Shown here piece by piece: positions 12,730 through 25,238 of a stretch of 64,000 nt of DNA. A program made the translations under genes and the position numbers. The notes beneath the pieces were generated by a model. That model did not search any database, was not told the origin of the DNA, and saw nothing but the letters and a program-made list of their open reading frames with translations. How positions within the stretch are numbered: position 1 is the stretch's first letter; every line of letters begins with the position of its first letter. The DNA lies in the NCBI GenBank assembly GCA_965655095.1, contig OZ296658.1, positions 69,130,001-69,194,000 on the forward strand. Direction: 5' to 3'. This stretch comes from Haplodiscus bocki (lineage: Eukaryota).

Positions 12730-15600
12730 GGTTTCGAATTTTGATCCATTACCAGTAACAGTTGAACTTTTTTGCATTTCGGCTTTTAGGGAAAAGTCTG
12801 TTAGTTGTGCAAAAAGGAGGGTTTTCCTATTTAAACCCTTCTAAACATAAACTCTGAGATAGAATGCTTTGACGGAAAACTGAGGCCGCTACTTACGGAA
12901 AATTGAGAATTTTTTTTCAGGGATATGTCTAGAGAGACACATTTTTTTGTCTTTTTTGGACTATCAAGATTCCGACGCACTTGTCAAGATCCATCGTTTT
13001 CATAAAGAAAAACCCTCATCAGATAAAAAAATATCGCCCCGGATTTTACTGTAACAATACAGGTAGGTAGTTGTGGAATATTATGACTTCAAAAACATAG
13101 ATGAACTTGTTGATAATTTTTTGGCCTTTTCGGCAATGAATCGGAAACAAAAAACGTCCGCAGTGAGTGCTCAGTGCTGCAAGAAGTTCTAGCAAAATTT
13201 CACTGCCACTGTTTTTTTAGACTTCTATGGGTTACGGATTTGACATAAGTCTAAGTTTTAAAAAGATTTTCAGAAGTGAGGGTTAAAATTTTTTCCACCG
13301 AAAATTTATAGAAAAAAAACTGACAGAAACTAAAAGATATTTGGCGATACATATCGAGCGCTTTTGTTTATGCAATGCTTAACTGAGCTTTTTTTAGTCC
13401 GCACCTCCAAGATTCAGGATTAGGAACTCACAAAACAAGGAAACGGCCGCCATAAACTTCGTTCTAAAAGAACTTTCTGAAAAACGTTTTGACAAAAGAA
13501 AATGGAAAATGAATGGAACCTTCTAGTAACATTCTTCTAGATTTCTGGACTTCTTAAAAGGTAAGGGAAACAGAGTACTGAACTTTGACAAGAAGATCAA
13601 TTTATCAAAATAGCTTTGTTGTCACGTTCTACTGCCAAAAAACACAGCAAAACGTCCAAAGTCAACTTTCACATGGTATTAGATTAAAGGTTGAATTCTT
13701 GTCGCTAATCGCTGACACGGCTTGCACTTTTGTAGCGCTATGGTTGTAAGACTTAATAACAACCATAACAACAAAAGATCAAAAGTATTGAAAACAGCTC
13801 GTTTTTCAAGTGTCTTCTAAAAGAAAACCTATCGAAAAGCCATATAAACTTGGCCGTAGCAAACGTAAAAGTACATTCAACTGAGGTCTTTCATTGTTCC
13901 TGTGGAAAATAGGAAATATTTTGAACTCCGTTCCCATTTGTAAAACTTTAAAATTTCGAATAGTTTTTAAAAATCTCCTTTTTTAAAAACTGTTGAAAAA
14001 GGTACGCAATGAAAAATCGTCACTCCAATGAAACTTAATATTTCAGACATGGGAGCTTTTGACTAAGGCTCTCATTCGAGACTTTGGCTGGAAGAAATTG
14101 ATGGTTCAGGGGCCGAGATATAGGACTCCACTTTGACATGTTTTTTCTGAAGACCATTTTAAGCTCATAGCTGAAATTTTGTTGTCAAAAAAGCCCAACG
14201 TAAAAAATTTCTTCAGTTCAAAACTTAGTGATATAAAATTTAATTTCGTCAAGTTTTTTTTTGCCGTGGAGAATGGAGGGTTTTTCTCGGAGTTGCTTCA
14301 TTTGCAAAAAAATTTATCTGACGTATTGTGTTGAAATTAACTCCATCCTCAAGTTATGTCAAAAAAACTTTCGAAAATCTTCGTCACTGAAACCTAAATT
14401 GACCCTTTGATAGATTTGATTTTTACTGTTATTGTTGTCTGATAGCAAAGCAATTTGAGGTGCTAAGTGTTGAGATAATAGCTCTGAAGGTCACAAAAAT
14501 TTTAATCTACACAAAATTGGTCGATTTTTTGGATGTTTTACAAAGAAGCACTGGACCCAACTGATGTTTTGTATGTGATAGCAGAGAAGGTTTTCATAAG
14601 TTTTGACTATATTTGTGGCCATTCGGAGCCGGTAATGCAAAAATGAACGAAATAAATTGAGACACTTATCGTGGAATGAGTTGAAGTTTGCTAGATTTGC
14701 AAATCTCTCCAGCGAAAAAACAAGCAAACTTTTTGGTTAGGAATCAAAATTTATTATGTGATAGAAGGGATAATTTTTGTTAGGTGTTTTTAAAAATCAA
14801 TCAGTTTGCAGCCCCACATGAGGAGGACAATGCTAATGGTAGGAGAAAGGAACGCCTCCAGGTTGTCAAATTCAGCTCAATTTTGAACCTTTTTCGCAGA
14901 AGTAGTTTTGAAAAAAGTGGGACCACAGCCGAAATTATTGCGTGATAGATCAAGATTTTTTTGCCAATCCTGAGTAAGTAAAAGTGAGCTAATTTTGAGG
15001 CTACATTTGGAAGTTGAGATCCTATATAACGAAAACTTGGTCAAATTAACCAAAATCATTCAACTTTCTCGAGCAAAGAATACTATAAATTTATCCGGAC
15101 ACCAATAACACGGATTTCGAGGGAAAAAGTTTTGGACTATAACCAAAAACGTTTGTCGGCTGGGTCATCATAACCGCCTTCCACGTGACCAGATGTGTTG
15201 GAGTTTTCAAAAATGTGAACTTGATTACTTAGATTTAGGAAACTCCGGAATAAAATCAACCTACTGAGGGAACGATTTTGCTTTTGTAAAAAAGTTCAGA
15301 TGAAAATAATAACTGGTTTCAGCTCGCAAGCCAGTTTAGCGGATGGAGTTCAATCAAGTGTAACAGGAAGTAATGTAATCGATGGTGTACCGCAATGAAG
15401 TGAAACAGTTAGGCGATCGAAACAAAGATAGAAACTATTTCTTTTTCGTTGTCAACGTTGAAGTCAGAAACTAAAGCTTTATCATTTTGGTTTCGTTTAT
15501 TAAGATCCTAGGATGTCTCCTAAATAAATTTCCAGAATAAAATCGTTTTGGTACAGTTCCTTAAAAAACAAGTGTTGTTCATTAGCTTCTGGAATTGTTG
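12730..15600 (-). pseudogene. Heavily eroded second pPolB-like relic (Polinton-like element B)
   Basis: Faint motifs in pPolB order: TWKA..TNVFGYSPK (~15130-15195), FLKTPNKNYPFY (~14760-14800), DNKISAM (~14165-14187), GFK and TVTGNG near 12740-12840. No long ORF. Confidence 0.4.
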
Positions 15601-16979
15601 CCGATGAACCATCATCATTCCACACCATCGTCTTCAAATTACAGTTGGTTCGTTTTCTTTTCTAGCATCAGGATCCTCGATTTCTTTCTTTTTTTTGTTT
15701 TTTTTCCTCAATGAGTGGTAATCATCTTCAAACATCATCTTTGACTTGTGTTTTTTCGAACGCTTTAGGATGCAATTCGTATACTTCCCAGTTTTTTGTA
15801 TTGTAGTATGCAAGCTCAATATTCTTCTGTTTTATTTTGACGCAGAACGTTCATGTAAACACGGAAAGTACCATTCTTAACATTTTCACCATCCAATTGT
15901 TTGAGGGTATCAACAAAAAACATTCTGAGAAGGATAGTTTTTTTCCCTGATGTAATACATTTGTGGAGGATCGGCAAATTTTTGGAGTGCTTTTTAAAGT
16001 TTTAAGGTTGATATATCATCTTTGTTTTTTAATTTGGAAGTTCCACTGTTTTTTGATAGTCTGTTTTGATTGTTCCCCAGTTCGTAAGACTTCATTCAAA
16101 GATCCAGAAGCTTGCCGATAAGCACTTGCAGTTTCAGTTTTTGATTCACCCACCTAATTTTCTTGAAGTTCAAGTAGTATATTAGGATCTGTTGATAGAA
16201 ATATAAAGCGGAGACTACTTCCGTGCATGTTTTCAACATAATCATTTGCAAGTCTGCTTTTGAATTGTGCGCTTCAGCCCATTTAAAAGCAATATACTTG
16301 TGAACCCTACCTACCCAACTAGCGTATTTTACCAATGTTGGGAGGGTTAGCTTTTTTGTATGATAGCTGGGCATAATCCTTTTATTAGCACCTAGGAAAG
16401 AGTTAAAAAACAGCTCGCATATCTTCTAGTTCCAGTAAATTGTTGTATATTTCGAATGATTGGCCATATAGCGTGTAGTTTTTCGGTGGTCCCTCGTGAG
16501 TTTATATTTTTATATACCTTATGTATCTATCGCAATTGAGGTTTTGAATCTGAATTGTCACTATTGATAGGTTGAATTGAACTCTTTGTCATGGACGAGT
16601 CTATTGCTCATGGATCAGCTGGTTTCTGCAGCTGCATCTTTTGCAGGGACAACCAGTGTTTTGATGTTTTTGTCTGCTCTTCAGTTGCCTTTGCTTGGTC
16701 TTCCTGAGCTTTGGTTTGATGTTGTACTTGCTTCACAATGTCTGCAGAATTAGTTAACAAATTCTCTTCCATTGATGTGTTTTTCTCTTCCATTGATAAT
16801 TCAACACAATTTTTTTCCGTTCCTCTGCTTTATATTATCTTTCAACGTTGCTGAATCTTGAAGCTTAGTCGTTGTGTAGTAGATCTTTATTCAATCAGAA
16901 TTTGTTGTCAAAGTTTGATTCAAGGAAAGGAAATTTTTTTTCTTGAAAATTGAAATCTTGATGAGAAAAACTCAATATT

Positions 16980-17700
16980 TGAATGGTTTTGCAGATAGTC
17001 TTTTGTGACATGCAGCATTGATACTGTTTTGTGTTAGATCATTAATGATAAAGTTATGGCCTTCTTCCTGAGTAGGAAGACAGAATTTTCGAAAACTTTA
17101 CCGTTTTTGCTAATGCAACTTGCCAGGCAATTAGTTCTTTTTTTTTGAATTGTTAATAGTTAAAAAGTGATGGTTGATTGACGAAATGTCTCTAACGGTA
17201 GCCTTAGAAAGTTTGGAAAACCCATGATTTGTTCCAAAGACTGATCAAGATCAATTGATATGGCGACCTCTCTTGAAGAGCATCTGAAGGTTTTATCTTT
17301 TAAATTTCACCTAACATATTAAGTACTAACCCATTCTGTTGATTTTGTAGGTAATTTTACGGAGCTTTTGAATCGTTTATATTTTCAGAGCTCTCTTATT
17401 TTTTTCTCATAAATGAAAAAATTTAAGCGTTACTTGTTTTCTCATGACATCAATTAATTCTTCGAGTGAAGTGTTTGTCGTCATAGTGTTTTGTATAAGT
17501 TTGAATCGTATAAAGTTGTCACTGCATTTCAAAAATGGTTTCATAACCTGGTTGGTGCAGTTTTGCTGGAAAGGCTCGATTTTCTCAATGTTACCGAGAT
17601 TTCTACGGAGTATTTCAGAAAGTAAACTTCTCTTTTCATTAGCCTCCTTCCCGCAAACAATAACTCGATTTCGACCTTGGGTTTTTTAAGACTTTCATAA
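16980..17700 (-). pseudogene. Second, eroded A32-like packaging ATPase (element B)
   Basis: Decayed Walker A RVIVCGKEANEKR (17630-17667), LVLNML (Walker B-like), and FKRGRHIN...RDISSINHHFL (GRHxN...RxISLNxHY-type) at ~17160-17278. Confidence 0.55.
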
Positions 17701-17856
17701 ATCCTTTTTTGTAAGAATAATGCTGTCAAGTTTATATAATTAAAAATGTTTTTTTTTTCGTTTTCCTTTTTTTAAATATGGAAGGAAAATGATCCACTCA
17801 AAACCGAAATTGGACTTTTTAGTCTGTATGCCAAATGATACTGTCTAAAGGTACGA
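17662..17856 (+). repeat. ~195-bp direct repeat, left copy, flanking the LINE
   Basis: aactcgatttcgacctt...gatactgtctaaaggtacga recurs at 23318-23517 with a few substitutions and indels. Confidence 0.95.
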
Positions 17857-18055
17857 CTGAAATATTGAAATAGTGTAATTGAAATATTGAATTAATTTAG
17901 TTGGATTGTACTTATCACACAACAAATAAAGTAGTTAAATCGGAGAGTCTGTACATCCTACAAGGACATTTGATGTGTCGTATCCGACTCTTCGAGCCAA
18001 TGCCCAGGAAAGCCTCTTATTGTTCGAAATCTAAATCCTAAGGTCTCTGAAGTTA

Positions 18056-19120
18056 CTAAAAGAACAGTTGATGAAGAACTTGATTATCAGCAATATAGAG
18101 TTGTGTAAATTCAGCGAATTTTTGCCTTAAATTTACGCTATTCAAGCCTTCAGGTATTAAGTTATTGGTCATGAGCCAGTTATGTATTCTTAAGAGTCTA
18201 GTTTCTAGTGAGTTCCTCATGATAAGGGTTCGCGTTATCTTGGGCATTAGGCAATTTAGCTTGGTTCTTCTGGTTTTCATTATGTGCTGTTCTGGTAGTT
18301 CAGCCTTGAGAAAAATGCTAGGTGAGTTACCAGTCCGCTCTTCAAAATATTGCCGAAGTAGGCTCTGAATAAGTAGTTCGTAAACAGTTAGCAAATTAAA
18401 CTTTTTAAAGTGCCCAGAGACTGAGTCACAGTTTTTCATGAAAAAGATAGCGCGTGCAATACGTTTTTGTGCCTGATATATTGGGTGCAAACTAGTTTTA
18501 TTGGTACAACCGTATACTAAAATGCCGTTTTGAATCACCGATTGAGCAAAGGAAAAATAAAATCTAAGAAGTGTTTTTCTGCTATAATAGTGACGAGTTC
18601 TGTAAATCCGGCCACAAAATTTGGAAAGTTTTTTGCAAATGGCATCAGCATGTCCTTTGAAATTCAATTTTTTGTCCAAAATGACACCCAGATATTTACA
18701 GGAGTCATTTGGACTCATTGTGTCACGCAGGAGTTCAATGGAGTTCAACATGGGTTTCCCATGGCTCATAAAATGACTCTTCTTTGTGTTCAAGGTCAGT
18801 TTATTACTTTCAAACCATTTTGCCGTTTTATCAATGTCAAAAGAAAAATCAGAAGCGCAATCGATTCCAACTGTCGTAATATTGGTGTCGTCAGCAAACA
18901 AGATTATATTGCTTTTTTCGGCAACTTTTGGTAGATCATTAATGAAAAGAAGAAACAGGAGTGGACCTAGCACAGAACCTTGCGGAACACCGCAATTTAC
19001 TGGTTTCAATTCAGAAGTTTTTGAGCCAAACTTAATGTATTGAAATCGATCTTTCAAATAGTTTTTTAAAATGTCGAAAACTTTACCTCTCAATCCATAT
19101 TTCTCAATCTTATAGAGCAA
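18056..19120 (-). pseudogene. Duplicated C-terminal RT portion of LINE ORF2 (copy 1)
   Basis: GVPQGSVLGPLLF, LFADDT, KYLGV; near identical to the C-terminus of 20672-23080. Confidence 0.92.
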
Positions 19121-19363
19121 AATCTTATAGTCTGTATGCCAAATGATACTGTCTAAAGGTACGACTGAAATATTGAAATAGTGTAATTGAAATATTGAAT
19201 TAATTTAGTTGGATTGTACTTATCACACAACAAATAAAGTAGTTAAATCGGAGAGTCTGTACATCCTACAAGGACATTTGATGTGTCGTATCCGACTCTT
19301 CGAGCCAATGCCCAGGAAAGCCTCTTATTGTTCGAAATCTAAATCCTAAGGTCTCTGAAGTTA

Positions 19364-20428
19364 CTAAAAGAACAGTTGATGAAGAACTTGATTATCAGCA
19401 ATATAGAGTTGTGTAAATTCAGCGAATTTTTGCCTTAAATTTACGCTATTCAAGCCTTCAGGTATTAAGTTATTGGTCATGAGCCAGTTATGTATTCTTA
19501 AGAGTCTAGTTTCTAGTGAGTTCCTCATGATAAGGGTTCGCGTTATCTTGGGCATTAGGCAATTTAGCTTGGTTCTTCTGGTTTTCATTATGTGCTGTTC
19601 TGGTAGTTCAGCCTTGAGAAAAATGCTAGGTGAGTTACCAGTCCGCTCTTCAAAATATTGCCGAAGTAGGCTCTGAATAAGTAGTTCGTAAACAGTTAGC
19701 AAATTAAACTTTTTAAAGTGCCCAGAGACTGAGTCACAGTTTTTCATGAAAAAGATAGCGCGTGCAATACGTTTTTGTGCCTGATATATTGGGTGCAAAC
19801 TAGTTTTATTGGTACAACCGTATACTAAAATGCCGTTTTGAATCACCGATTGAGCAAAGGAAAAATAAAATCTAAGAAGTATTTTTCTGCTATAATAGTG
19901 ACGAGTTCTGTAAATCAGGCCACAAAATTTGGAAAGTTTTTTGCAAATGGCGTCAACATGTCCTTTGAAATTCAATTTTTTGTCCAAAATGACACCCAGA
20001 TATTTACAGGAGTCATTTGGACTCATTGTGTCACGCAGGAGTTCAATGGAGTTCAACATGGGTTTCCCATGGCTCATAAAATGACTCTTCTTTGTGTTCA
20101 AGGTCAATTTATTACTTTCAAACCATTTTGCCGTTTTATCAATGTCAAAAGAAAAATCAGAAGCGCAATCGATTCCAACTGTCGTAATATTGGTGTCGTC
20201 AGCAAACAAGATTATATTGCTTTTTTCGGCAACTTTTGGTAAATCATTAATGAAAAGAAGAAACATGAGTGGACCTAGCACAGAACCTTGCGGAACACCG
20301 CAATTTACTGGTTTCAATTCAGAAGTTTTTGACCCAAACTTAATGTATTGAAATCGATCTTTCAAATAGTTTTTTAAAATGTCGAAAACTTTACCTCTCA
20401 ATCCATATTTCTCAATCTTATAGAGCAA
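19364..20428 (-). pseudogene. Duplicated C-terminal RT portion of LINE ORF2 (copy 2)
   Basis: As copy 1, with a private change PLLF to PLMF. Confidence 0.92.
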
Positions 20429-20671
20429 AATCTTATAGTCTGTATGCCAAATGATACTGTCTAAAGGTACGACTGAAATATTGAAATAGTGTAATTGAAA
20501 TATTGAATTAATTTAGTTGGATTGTACTTATCACACAACAAATAAAGTAGTTAAATCGGAGAGTCTGTACATCCTACAAGGACATTTGATGTGTCGTATC
20601 CGACTCTTCGAGCCAATGCCCAGGAAAGCCTCTTATTGTTCGAAATCTAAATCCTAAGGTCTCTGAAGTTA

Positions 20672-23317
20672 CTAAAAGAACAGTTGATGAAGAACTTGAT
20701 TATCAGCAATATAGAGTTGTGTAAATTCAGCGAATTTTTGCCTTAAATTTACGCTATTCAAGCCTTCAGGTATTAAGTTATTGGTCATGAGCCAGTTATG
20801 TATTCTTAAGAGTCTAGTTTCTAGTGAGTTCCTCATGATAAGGGTTCGCGTTATCTTGGGCATTAGGCAATTTAGCTTGGTTCTTCTGGTTTTCATTATG
20901 TGCTGTTCTGGTAGTTCAGCCTTGAGAAAAATGCTAGGTGAGTTACCAGTCCGCTCTTCAAAATATTGCCGAAGTAGGCTCTGAATAAGTAGTTCGTAAA
21001 CAGTTAGCAAATTAAACTTTTTAAAGTGCCCAGAGACTGAGTCACAGTTTTTCATGAAAAAGATAGCGCGTGCAATACGTTTTTGTGCCTGATATATTGG
21101 GTGCAAACTAGTTTTATTGGTACAACCGTATACTAAAATGCCGTTTTGAATCACCGATTGAGCAAAGGAAAAATAAAATCTAAGAAGTATTTTTCTGCCA
21201 TAATAGTGACGAGTTCTGTAAATCAGGCCACAAAATTTGGAAAGTTTTTTGCAAATGGCATCAACATGTCCTTTGAAATTCAATTTTTTGTCCAAAATGA
21301 CACCCAGATATTTACAGGAGTCATTTGGACTCATTGTGTCACGCAGGAGTTCAATGGAGTTCAACATGGGTTTCCCATGGCTCATAAAATGACTCTTCTT
21401 TGTGTTCAAGGTCAATTTATTACTTTCAAACCATTTTGCCGTTTTATCAATGTCAAAAGAAGAATCAGAAGCGCAATCGATTCCAACTGTCGTAATATTG
21501 GTGTCGTCAGCAAACAAGATTATATTGCTTTTTTCGGCAACTTTTGGTAAATCATTAATGAAAAGAAGAAACAGGAGTGGACCTAGCACAGAACCTTGCG
21601 GAACACCGCAATTTACTGGTTTCAATTCAGAAGTTTTTGACCCAAACTTAATGTATTGAAATCGATCTTTCAAATAGTTTTTTAAAAAGTCGAAAACTTT
21701 ACCTCTCAATCCATATTTCTCAATCTTATAGAGCAAAATTTGGCGATCGACTATGTCAAATGCTTTGCTTAAATCCATAAAACAGGAGAATGCTTCTTTT
21801 CGAGCATCTAATCCTTTTCGCATTTCCTCAGTATTTTCAGCAATGGCATGCACGCATGAACGTTTTGATCGCAATCCAAATTGATTTTTATGCAGTTGAT
21901 TAGTCGTTTCAATGAAATGTGATATACGATTGAAGAGCAGCCGTTCGAAGACTTTTGATACAGAAGACAAAATACTTATGGGTCGATAACTATTGGGATC
22001 CGTTTTTTCACCCGATTTCCACAAAGGATTTATGGTAGCAACTTTAAGACAGGATGGGAAAACGCCCGAGTTGGTCATCGAGTTGAAAATGCTAGTTAAA
22101 TAGGGAACTAAAACTATTGCAGAAATTTTCAAAATTCTGTCATTGATACCATCGATCGAGCTACTTGTTTTATTTTGTAGGCTGGAGATGACTTTCAGTA
22201 TTTCGGAATCAATTGCGGGAAAGCAAAACATCGTTGTCGGACAATCATTCATCGAATTTGTGAATTCTTCACTGCTTGTCTTAAATTGGTCCAAATGATG
22301 TTGGCCAATTTGAGATAAGTGCAAATTCATTTCATCGATATCAATCGGAAAGTCATTTTTCATTTGGGTTTTTGTTATTTGTCTCAAGGAATCGAAGATC
22401 TGCTTGCTGGTTGGTTTTGATCCAATTTTTTTATTCAACTCTTGCCTTTTGCATGTTCTAATTGATTTTGTTACTTCATTACGAATGCTAGCGTATGCTT
22501 TTTTTTCCGGTGAAGGATGCTTCAAATACCTTTGGAACAGTTTATCTCGCTTCCTAATTTGTTTACTAATTTCAGGATTTACTGTCTTCCGATATCGTGT
22601 CACTGAAATCACAAACAAAGGAGCAAATCGCTCAATTGTTTCTAGAACAATTTTTGATATGCTTTCAAGTGTTTCATTTATGTCAATGGTCATATAGCAC
22701 ATTTGAGTTTTTGATCCAAAAGAAACAGATATTTGAGATTGAGTTTCTTCGTTTGAAAATACGCTATATTTGCGAACTTCAATTGTCTCGAACGATGTGG
22801 TGCTTTTACTTTGAAAATAGGCCGGCAATTCTGCTAGGACAATGTAATGATCGCTAATTTTGTTCAATAAAGTTACGGCAGATGTCATATATTTCATGGA
22901 AATATGATCGATGCAAGATTTAGAACTAGGAGTTTCTCTAGTTGGTAAATTATTGAGAACATAAAGACCATAACTACCCAAAAGATCAATGTAGGAGCTA
23001 GCTGATTTATCGGGACAGAATACATTAATATTGAAATCACCGCAAAAAATCAAATCCTTTTTGGAGTCATGTTGCAACAATAGAAGTTCAAGTTGATTGA
23101 GAAACGATTGGACTTGAGACTATGGGGTACGATATACCACCCAAATCAAACCCAGGACTCTTTTGTGCAGTGTTATTTCCACCGTGAGTGATTCAAATTC
23201 AGTGACAGTTCGGACCTCCGAGTATTGCAACGATTCAGCAATGTAAACTGCAATGCCTCCTCCTCTTTTTCCATCGCGATGTTTCCCTGTACTGGGATGA
23301 TAGCCGGGTAAATTAAA
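20672..23317 (-). pseudogene. LINE ORF2 (APE endonuclease + reverse transcriptase); 802-codon open stretch, disrupted 5' part
   Basis: APE motifs RGGGIAVYI (~23245-23270), VYRTP, CGDFN, CIDH, SDH; RT motifs YRPISIL, QFGLR, DLSKAFD, PQGSVLGP, FADD. Confidence 0.95.
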
Positions 23318-23517
23318 AACTCGGTTTCGACCTTAGGTTTTAGGTTTTTTAAGACTTTCAAAAATCCTTTTTTGTAAGAATAATGCTGTCAGGTTTATAT
23401 AATTAAAAATGTTTTTTTTTTCGTTTTTTTTTCTAAATATGGAAGGAAAATGATCCACTCAAAACCGAAATTGGACTTTTTAGTCTGTATGCCAAATGAT
23501 ACTGTCTAAAGGTACGA
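23318..23517 (+). repeat. ~200-bp direct repeat, right copy, flanking the LINE
   Basis: Matches 17662-17856; begins where LINE endonuclease homology ends. Confidence 0.95.
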
Positions 23518-25030
23518 TTTTTCTGACGGCTGAAAAATTTGATTACCAAACTTGAGCATCTTAGCCGTGGAATGCTACTTAAATAGTAAAGATTTCTCAG
23601 AACGCACAAAACATCGTTTTTCTTCTTGAAAGGAACCATTGGTTTCTCTTAGAAATGAACAGCCCGAACTTTTTCAAGATCGGGAAGGCGTGTCGAATAT
23701 TATCTTTTCATATGTTTGTTTTTTTCAAACTTAATTGAGGGTTCTTTTTGCAAAAATCAGCATAGTTGTAATTTTGAAAAAAATATATCAGAAAATGCAG
23801 AACACAATATTGTTTCGAAAGAAAATATTGGTTTCATTCTTGTAAAATGTATCTGCAGCAAAAATAGGGAGGCGAAAAATGCGACGGGTTTAACAGACCG
23901 TCCTGTTATAAGTTCAAAACTGATAAAGGCAGCAGAGGTGGATTTTTACTGAGAAGACGAACATGGATAATCAGTTTAATTCAAAAGGTAAGTGTACAAG
24001 TTTGTTAAAACGATGTAAAATACAGTTATAATTTAACTGTTTTGTATAACTCAGCCATTATCATTTTGAGGTGCAATGTTTTCCGTAAATTTTTCTTATA
24101 AAATAGGATGCTAGTTTGTGTAGTGAGCAGTTTCCTTCAATTGCTCTTCAGATATTAGGTTGGAGGATACTAAATTCTTATGATTCAATTCAATTCTATG
24201 CAACTCATATCTGGAGTTTTTACAAAATTCTACATAATATTTTATATCTTGATACGAAACTAATCATAGTTTGTCCTAAAAAATATGTGTCAAATTCCTA
24301 CCTTACTTTAGTTTCTTTCATGTGTCCTATCAGTACTTTTTCTTTCTTCAATGCTGAAGAGTCTCGACTCTTTTCGTTATGACAATTTTTGCTTTCTAAG
24401 CCATCCCCATTTTCATTCGTTTTCTGTTTCTGAATTACTTTCGAATTTTTGTCCAATACACTATTGCTACAAGTCTGGCTCATTCATTAAGTAGATTTTT
24501 CTAAAGGTTTTTTTAAGGAAGAGGAATTTACTCTTTTGAGTTATTATAATAACGTTTGCTATCGATGTTCTTGGAGAACCTGTTTACCTTCTTTCGAAGG
24601 CGCATCTCGTGAACAACCTTTCTTATACAAACAATATCTGTTACTTCTTCAAAATTACCTGTTCCGATTGAACAACTTTATTATCTTTGGACTAATTAGC
24701 TAAACTTGGAGCTTCAGTTCTTGTTCGTCTGATTTTCCTTCGTCCTGGCATCTTCTAAGAGCAAACATTTTGTTAATCAGTGATACAATTTCAACGGCAA
24801 GAACAGTTTTTGCTGTTTTGACTTTGAAGCGAAAAACAAGGTCTTGGTTTGCTTCGTTATGTATTCCAAGCGATTTGTTTATTTTGTTCGAGCCAAAAAG
24901 TTGTTTCAAGTGTTTTGAAACTCTAATGACAAAATCAGTTTTCTTAAATAAAATGACAGAACCGCAATCAATTCAGCGAATTTTAGTTGTTTTCATTATA
25001 GTCAGCTTTAACGTAGTCATAATGGGTCTC

Positions 25031-25238
25031 GGATTTTTTCTGTTAACCCCCCCCCCCCACTGATTTAACTCCCCCCACACCATAATGGATATGCGAAATA
25101 ATAAGCGGCGTAATGTTTTAACTCACGCGCGAGTCAGATTAGCCAATCAGAGACGAGTTCGCTTGTGCGTGGGGGGGGGGGGGGGGGGGAGTTAAATTTT
25201 GAGCTTCTACTGTGGTTGGGAATTAACAGAAAAGATCC
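25031..25238. repeat. Nested inverted-repeat module with poly-C/poly-G arms and a central CCAAT box
   Basis: Outer IR ggattttttctgttaa (25031-25046) / ttaacagaaaagatcc (25223-25238), 15/16 match; inner IR atttaactcccccc / ggggggagttaaat; agccaatcag at 25141. Confidence 0.75.

Larger units (their letters stand above)
17820..21739. repeat. Tandem triplication with 1308-bp period (LINE 3' end plus 37 bp of flank)
   Basis: Stops at 18056/19364/20672 are 1308 apart; units start at 17820, 19128 and 20436; both junctions are identical; copies differ by a few SNPs. Confidence 0.97.
17857..23317 (-). mobile_element. 5'-truncated non-LTR retrotransposon (LINE, CR1/L2/Jockey-group-like), 3' end triplicated
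   Basis: APE endonuclease plus RT ORF2, ~200-bp 3' UTR ending in ttcaatattt-type short repeats, truncated within the endonuclease, no ORF1. Confidence 0.93.

Noticed and set aside
18165-22857. Plus-strand ORFs overlapping the LINE (similar ones overlap gypsy pol/env)
   Set aside because: Antisense shadows with no recognisable motifs.
18056-23080. Three-RT operon (retron/DRT/DGR-like system)
   Set aside because: The two short RT ORFs are DNA-level duplicates of the LINE 3' end, lack the N-terminal RT motifs and start at a junction-adjacent TTG.
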